A stretch of DNA of 59,958 nt, filler included, from Sluysia triapertura (taxonomy: Eukaryota): assembly GCA_046118255.1 (NCBI GenBank). It is 5 parts of 5 records of this genome, joined end to end, with 100 filler letters (N's around TTAATTAATTAA, not from the genome) between each part and the next. Parts side by side here need not be neighbours in the genome. Positions count along the whole stretch, not along the records: positions 49,113 to 59,958 come from JBJNIA010192728.1; 4 more parts are not named here. One strand, 5' to 3'. The notes beneath the pieces were generated by a model. The model did no database searches. It was not told where the DNA came from and saw only the letters and a program-made list of their open reading frames with translations. Below are positions 52,474 through 59,958 of the stretch, piece after piece. Positions within the stretch are counted from its first letter, which is position 1, and each line of letters begins with the position of its first letter. Made by a program: the position numbers and the translations under genes.

Positions 52474-53722
52474 ATGAGTGACAATTCATCTTCCAGATCA
52501 GTCAATGGGTCATTGTATTCATCATCAGAAGACATCACCATATCAGAAACAAATATATATATTCATTGGTTTCCGGGTTTTATTCGTTCAGTGGCAGAAG
52601 CCAATCGGAATTTATCAAATGTATGACCCACTCAAATGAATATGGTAACAATAGAAAAAATAACCATGGTAATAATAATCAAAGATCTATATCTTCACCT
52701 CATCAGTTAATGTTTACGTCACAACAGTTTACGGAAACCAGCGATCATCAGCAATCGTTTTATCAAGGTCATTTATCATCATATCAAGCCAGAGATATTG
52801 AATCAATGCCACTACCCTTGCCATATTATTTACCGTCTATTCGTGATGAAGATACAGCTTATTTGGCTGCAATTGAACGTGTGAATAGATAATTTTGTCT
52901 GCTTCAACATCCGGTAGTAACATTTCTTATAACAATTTACCGAATTTTCATCAACTTTCATTATGCAGTCATAATTATCCTCAAATTTATATCGGTCAGA
53001 ATTCGAATAAATCAAATTGGAATATACAACAACGAACAAATAAACAATTCAATGATAGTACTAATTTTGGTCAATACTTAATTATGTAAAATTTTATGTA
53101 AATGTTTATTCAACATGAATAATAAATAATAATGCATCGTAAAAGACCATTATCCAAAGGTAGAATAAATTTAAAAGATTCGAATGAAAACCATATTAAT
53201 TTGTCACATTCGTCGTCCTCATTATCATGTGAAAGTCGTAGCAGTAAATATCGTAAAAGATCGTCGATGCTAAATAACCATGCTGTACCTAAAATTATTA
53301 CATCATATGATGATGTAGATTATTAAGTCGCAGAAGATGTTGAAATATGTATTTGAGAACATTCAAAGAAAAAGTCAAAAATGCGTATTCCAAATAATAA
53401 AAATAAATCAACTGCAAATTTATCATACCATCACAATATCCACAATTATTCATCAGAAATGGATATACCCAGCTGTAATTGTGGTACAAATTTTAATAAA
53501 CATTTGATTACACGTAATCGATGTAATAAGATGATAAGTGATTGCATTAAAGAATGTAAATCATTTAACGTTTCTAAAAGAAAATATAAGTAAGCAAGAT
53601 GTGTGAATAAAGGCATTCAGGCTGAAGTATGTTATACTGATTCTGAAAATGATGATTCTAGCTCTGACTCAAAAGAAAATACTTGTACTACAGATAATAA
53701 TCATCGATCATCTAAAAAATGA
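52474..53722 (+). pseudogene. Unidentified S/N/Q-rich disrupted coding sequence
   Basis: Chain of plus-strand ORFs (52566-52892, 52895-53089, 53132-53326, 53381-53593) broken by stops and frameshifts. One complex block reads LPSIRDEDTAYLAAIERVNR. Confidence 0.4.
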
Positions 53723-56700
53723 AAGGTTGCGTAAATAATACATCTTTAGATCATGAATATTCAGATGATAAAAACAATGTATGCACAATACTTTAAAAAT
53801 TCTCATGCAAATTGTGTTAGTTATTTTATCAAAAAATTTTCAATTTAATTGATTTTTTAAAAAATGAAATGTTCAAATGTCTCAATTTTTTACTAGCTTA
53901 ATAAAATTTGGTAGGCTATTACTTCATGTGGAAACTTTTTTATTTATTATACAAACATGATCTGTACCACCATACAAATTATTTGAATTAGATCTAGAAG
54001 CTATTTATATGTATTTTATTCGAAATTTCTTTTTAATGTCTAGTTTGCAGAATACTATGTTTTTATTTTCGATGCTGATTTTTGATATAATATCAACAGT
54101 TAAAGTTAGTGTAGAATTCTAGCATTATTTCAATACATTCTTGAATTATATATTATAAAAATTATTATTTCTTTGATTCGAGTTAAATTATGCATAATTT
54201 TGTCTCTTGATTTATAGTGAATGAAATTAATGACGATGATTTAAAAACCTCTACCATATATGATGTATATGGCACTTAAAATATCTGGATCAGTGCAATT
54301 CTTTATATGTGCACTGGTCTACCATAGTATTTAGAACTGTCTACTCACTGAAGGTGACAGTCTTGGTTTTCTTCATGGTAACAGTAGACAATCTGTCAGT
54401 CAATCAGGCAATACCAAACTTTTACAACATTATATTAGTGGTTATATTTATATTTATAACATTTTTCTCGTTTCTTAATATATCGTTTGTAAATCTTGTT
54501 GATTTATTTTTAAAATTATCGTTTTAAAAGGCCTTAAGCCTATTTTGTTCATAGATATTACGTTTTTTTTCGAATTGTTTTTCATTAATTAAAAATTTTA
54601 ACGTTTTTAATAAAATTTTAAACATAGAAAACAAAAAGCCTCCCACAGTAATAATACTTAAATATTTCCGGATACTTTTATTCTAACTTAATAACGATTA
54701 AATATCATAAAATAATTTGGGCAGGGATCAAATTAACAAATTTAAGCCAAAAAGTTAAAATTAAAATTAAGATAATAATTAAATATATAATTTAAAATAT
54801 TTCAAAGTAATTCGGACAGGGAGCCTCCTAGAAAAATAAATCAATAGCTTAAAAATTATTATTTCCGCGAAAATTAGCTAAAAATTTCCCAAACGATTAT
54901 TTTTAATAATTAAAATAATAAAAATAAATAAAACTGTTACCATAATCATGGATTTTCCTTTTAATAATAATTTGTTAGATTATTGTAGGATTGTGTTGTA
55001 AAATTTTTAAATTTTCATTTTGTAGTTTCTCATCATCCAATCACTCTTATGAAACGTTGTAATTATGTATGTGTTTGTTTTAGAAAAATATTTTGGTGAG
55101 GATATTGTTGTCTTTATTTAAAATTATTATCAATAACTCTTTAACAATATTGAATTAGAATAAAATCTCGATATATTTTAATAATCACAAATAGTTATTC
55201 TTTAATCACAGTAGGAAGCGAAGTTTAATCTTATTAGTTTATTTTGCTACTTATGGCTGAATATTTAACAAAAATGGTACCGTCTATGGTTAATTGCTGA
55301 GAATATTGAAAATCGGAAAGTAAAAGTAATAACATTGTGTAATTACTTACTCTGTTGAATCGGCTACAATTTTAATAAAGTTCAAAGGTAACTTCCGTCC
55401 AATTTCCGTTGATTTCCAATTTATCATCTCTTAGCAATTAGTCACAGATAATTGATTTGTGACGAGCAAAAATCAAAATTTAACATAATTATCAAAATAA
55501 TGTTTACTGTTTAAATAATATATCAACTTAAATTAAACATAAAATTAATTAAATACAAATTTATTTTCCACAATAATTTTTAATATTTTATCCGTGCACG
55601 ACGTGTCGATTTCAATGACCTGTTTGATTTGGTATCTTAGTGGGCATTAATTTGACATATGTTATGATTATGCTTGAACATTGCAACATATATAAATTTA
55701 GCTTTATATTATAAAAAATTAATAAAAATAAACAATTTTAATGATTTATGTAATGATTTATGAAACAGAATGTTTGATTTTAAAACTCAAGAATGATTGG
55801 ATAACGAAAAAATATAAAAAAGAATACTTAAAAATTTTAAAACATAATATTTAATACATATTTTTATAACGCAATCACTAAAATTCTTATTTGAAGATCG
55901 ATGCTATTTGGCAACATTATATATTCTTGTTATTTTAATAATTTTTTATTATTAAATTAAATTATTAAATATTTTTGGGTGATCCTCCATCAATATTTTT
56001 TGTTTCTTAGACATTATTTTTGTAAAATTTATTGGGACATCCCCTTTTAGATATTATTTTTAATAATTTTTGGAATCCTCTTTTAATTTTGATCTTAACG
56101 TTATCGATAGAAATATTAATTTAAGTAATTGTACGGAATACCTTTTGATTTAATATTGATAATTTAATTATTTCTTTTTGGTAAATCCTTTGTCTTTAAT
56201 GTTTTCATCTATTTATTTATTGAATATTAATATTAGATAGAATTCATATATCTTTAGAAAGATTGCATCTATTTGGCGTATTATTTTTTAATTTTAGTTG
56301 AATCACCATTAATTATTAGAGTGTTACTTCAGATCATTACTGCTATGTTCATTCAATTTGATCTGTAGTCCAATATTGTTGGTCTTAATATTTAATTTTT
56401 AATTGTGATTAAGTGATTATTGTGTCGAAATGTGTATTTGTTATATTATTCTGGTAAGTGGTAATTACATAAAAATTATAATTGAAATTAATTTTTATTT
56501 TGAATTTTAACTGAGAAATAGTTTTAAATTTAAAACATTATTTTTAGTAAATAATTTTACAATAATAAAAATTATCTTTACGAGTTCCCCTGTAATCATG
56601 CGATTAATATCCTTACAGAAGACAAGGTTACGGGTTTTGGGCAGATAATTCATAAGCAGATAAGCTATAAGTAGATAATTAACAATGTTTAGTAAAGTTT

Positions 56701-56760
56701 ACACCATCATATAATAACTATTCAATAAAAATAATATAAATATGTAATGAAGTAATAAAT

Positions 56761-57621
56761 TTATTGTATGGGAAAATAATTTTGTTTCTGATTTAATGGT
56801 TGTAGAATCTCATAAAAATTTCTGTCTTCTAGCACTTGTTCTTGCACCACATTCGGTGGATATTGATAGTAAATCTGATGTTCTGATGGTTTGTGAATAT
56901 AATTAATTTGATTTTGATGCGTCAGCGATTCTGGAACGTATTCTTGTTGAATAGTGCATTTATTTGATTGGTAGTTGGGTACACAGTTGTAGTATGGATG
57001 ATTGTACACATTTTGTCGAGAACAAGCAATATCTTGAGGATAATAGCAATTATAATATGAATTGGGAATCTGGAAGTATTGATTGGGATAAAATAACTGC
57101 TGATTTGATATCATTTCTGAAGAAATTTCAGGAAACATCGGTGCTTTGTTTTCTTTGTTGTTTGTTAAAAGGTCATAACAAATCGTATCTGACAAATCGT
57201 AACTAGAATCGGATTGGTAGGATTTCTTTATAATTTTATTGGGATCCCTGAATTTCCTTTGACGTCTTAAATAACCACCCTGTTCAAACATTTCTTTTGA
57301 ATCTTTATGAAGGCTCCAATAATCTCCACGACTTCCAGCTGGTTTTTCGGGTAAATTCAAATCTGATCCAAATATGTATGGCAAACTTCGTTGTCTAATT
57401 CGAACGAAACAATCGTTAAAAGATAGAGAATGCCGAATTGAATTTTGCCACTTCTTATCTTTCAGTTTATAATACGGATATTTCTTTCTAATGCATTCGT
57501 AAATATCTGAAAGCCGACACATTCTCGAAGGGGATTCATTAATTGCATTTGCAATCATAGCTACAAAACTTAAATTCGGTTTATCTAAATTCTCATTTTT
57601 ATTAATAGTTTTATTTGTCAT
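56761..57621 (-). CDS. Forkhead-box transcription factor, FoxA-like, intronless, 286 aa
   Basis: KPNLSFVAMIANAINESPSRMCRLSDIYECI..KWQNSIRHSLSFNDCFVR..GDYWSLHKDSKEMFEQGGYLRRQRKF. RHSLSFNDCF and YLRRQ are FoxA-type signatures. The ORF is uninterrupted with a Q/Y/P/N-rich C-terminus. Confidence 0.93.
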   Translation of the reverse strand: MTNKTINKNENLDKPNLSFVAMIANAINESPSRMCRLSDIYECIRKKYPYYKLKDKKWQNSIRHSLSFNDCFVRIRQRSLPYIFGSDLNLPEKPAGSRGDYWSLHKDSKEMFEQGGYLRRQRKFRDPNKIIKKSYQSDSSYDLSDTICYDLLTNNKENKAPMFPEISSEMISNQQLFYPNQYFQIPNSYYNCYYPQDIACSRQNVYNHPYYNCVPNYQSNKCTIQQEYVPESLTHQNQINYIHKPSEHQIYYQYPPNVVQEQVLEDRNFYEILQPLNQKQNYFPIQ

Positions 57622-57670
57622 GTTAAAGTTTGCTTTACTTAAGTAAATGTTAATTGCAACTTATGACAGG

Positions 57671-57688
57671 CTATTTATATTTGTTTAC
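57671..57688 (-). promoter_or_regulatory. Candidate TATA box and adjacent forkhead site upstream of the Fox gene
   Basis: Minus-strand TATAAATAG (57679-57671) about 50 bp before the ATG, and GTAAACA (plus-strand TGTTTAC, 57682-57688). The AT-rich background lowers significance. Confidence 0.4.
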
Positions 57689-59159
57689 ATTTTAGTTAGG
57701 CAATGTTATAATTATTATGCAACTAAGTTTTTATTGGTCATTAAGTTCAAAATGTACAGAACTTTGGTAGCAATTTAAACTTCGAAAGGATATTATAAGG
57801 GTTCTGTTCGATTTCTACTTAATATATTTCTAGTTACTATATTTTTATTAATTGTGTATAAGTTTCTAATAAGGGTCTAGGTCATTGCAAGTGCACTAAT
57901 GGGATGGTAACTAGACAAGTTTATTGGTTGCATAACTGATAAATCTGATAATTTATTTGAGTTCGTAATAATATTCAGTAGCTGGGATTATACTTTAATA
58001 AGTAGATAAGATAATTTTAATTTTCAAATTTTGATATAGATACATGTTAATTCTTTTTTATTTTCACTGAAATAATTATACAGGAAATGAGCTAAATTTA
58101 AATTTCTATTGTTTTGTAATTTATAAAAATAAATTAAGTGAATGCTTTGTTCATTATTCTCATTAATGTTCATTGAAATGTTTATTTAAGCCTCACTTTG
58201 GAAAAGTTATTGTACATTATGGTACAATTATGGTATTATTTCAAATGTGCATTATGTATGTTGGTTGGATTAATTTACTGATTAAAAATATAGTTATTCT
58301 TATATTGTGATATTTGTAATATCGAATTATTTTTTATATTTCCAATTCATTTAAGATTATCTTAGCGTTGTACGAGTTACGTCATTAATAAATCTAATTA
58401 ATTTGAAAACTTAGTAATAGTTTAATTGGATAATTAATTTAATATAAATTTCACTTAAGGAAGCAACAGTTATTAAAGTGTCAGACATTTTCAAATATGT
58501 ATAAAAACAGAAATATTCAAAATAGTTAAAATACGAAATTTTGATTATCATTCTATGAATAATGCTTTCATTATGGAATTAAAATTTTCAATTTTTAATT
58601 GAATTTTGTTACTTTTCGAATGATTAATAATCGTACATTTTTTCGTAAATCAATATGACGTAATTGAGGTTAGTTACTAAAGATATCTTTTTATCCACGT
58701 ACTATCTCACATACCAACTTAAGATATCGCATTAGTAAAACTAGATAACATTAACATTGATTGCGTTATAGGTGCTACGTCTTTTAATTCAGATTAATAA
58801 CAATAACTCAATAATAATGTTAATTTAGTCTGAAATCTTGATGAATTTAATAGTCACAAAATCAAATACAACCAGTTTTTATTTTAACAATAATACAAAC
58901 TAATTTATTACTTTTTTAGTAATTTTTTATCACTTTTAACCTATTTTAATTTAACACTAAAATTTATAACTTAATAAAATCAAAATAACAATGACATAAT
59001 TAAAGTAAATAGCTCTGCTTACTTTTGAAAATTATCAACACTAGTCAAATATTTGAAACTAGCCAAAAGAATTATTGATTCACAATGTATGAATTAAATA
59101 AATAATAGTTAACAGAGATGGATTAATAATTGTAATCAAAGATGACGCGTTTCACAATT

Positions 59160-59889
59160 AAGAATTAATTAAAATTTGACTTTTCTCACTATTAAGGCTA
59201 TTCATGCATGAACTCAGACAAGCCATATCTTCATCGAAAGATCTTTTTTTAAAAATACATACACAGTTTCAATTTTGAAATAACATTCCACATTGAAACT
59301 TTATTCACAAAAATGTGCTCTTTCTTAATTAAGTTAATTAAGATTTTAATTAATTAATCCATTTTTAGATGAAATCTTATTTTGTGTTTACAGGTTTTGT
59401 TGGGATTGCCCAACGATGAATTAGAGAGATGAGTGAGAAGGAAAAACTGATACAAAAGTGATGGATTGAACATTACAAACATTATTAAAATAAAAAATCA
59501 TGTTAAAATCAAGCTAAAAAATATCTTGGGGTTCCAAACACCTTATGAAAGTTTAAGATTTAAATGTAATGGAATACCTTTGAACTTGTGAGTTTTGAGA
59601 TCATCTGAGACTTCATTAACCTTTAAGCATACTTGAAACATCTAAGATCACCGAGTAATCTTTAAAGTGTTTTAAATCTTTAAAAACGTTGAGAAATGAA
59701 ATCATTTTTATTTGTATTAAGAATAAATATAGTATGGTAATAATTAACATGATGAAATAGAAAAAGAAATCAGAGAGGCGAAGGTGAAAACTTCTAGAGG
59801 CTCCTGAATGCCTTATAAACTACTAAACATACAATAAGATTAAGTCTAAAAATAGATTAATTAATTAAAATCTTAATTAACTTAATTAA
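59160..59889. repeat. Two oppositely oriented partial copies of the 34.5-35.3 kb repeat
   Basis: TTAATTAAGTTAATTAAGATTTTAATTAATTAAT at ~59325 is inverted at ~59855-59889. Confidence 0.75.
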
Positions 59890-59958
59890 CCCTTTCAGCC
59901 CCGGGACCGCCATATGGCGTCAATGGCGATTTTTTCTCTTACACAACTGCTATGCAAG
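59890..59958 (+). mobile_element. piggyBac-type element terminus (runs off the window)
   Basis: TTAA (59886-59889) is followed by CCCTTTCAGCCC, with an abrupt switch to GC-rich sequence that interrupts another repeat. Confidence 0.65.

Noticed and set aside
1-59958. CRISPR arrays, rRNA, tRNA, prokaryotic operons
   Set aside because: No repeat-spacer arrays or structural RNA signatures were seen; the content is eukaryotic.

Overview
AT-rich animal (invertebrate-like) nuclear DNA, not prokaryotic. It is five contigs joined by 100-bp artificial spacers (N44-TTAATTAATTAA-N44), so adjacency across those gaps is unreliable. Only one clearly intact gene is present: an intronless, divergent FoxA-like forkhead gene (56761-57621, minus). 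The rest is decayed mobile DNA and broken host-gene pieces. (1) A degraded Polinton/Maverick (integrase, penton, major capsid, adenain protease, pPolB; ~1.7-7.8 kb) whose penton is split by a ~2.9-kb insert. (2) A Ty3/Gypsy pol (PR-RT-RH-IN) preceded by a chuvirus/gB-like class III glycoprotein; the glycoprotein's membrane anchor and tail run in frame, with no stop, into the protease. This env-pol architecture is the most unusual feature. (3) Mariner, Tc1, Tigger/pogo, LINE, hAT-MITE, piggyBac-end and LTR remnants. (4) Orphan fragments of host genes: EFA6/PSD, CCT3, Delta/DSL, DIS3L, neurexin and several unidentified. All family assignments come from manual translation and motif recognition; no database search was run and boundaries of decayed features are approximate.
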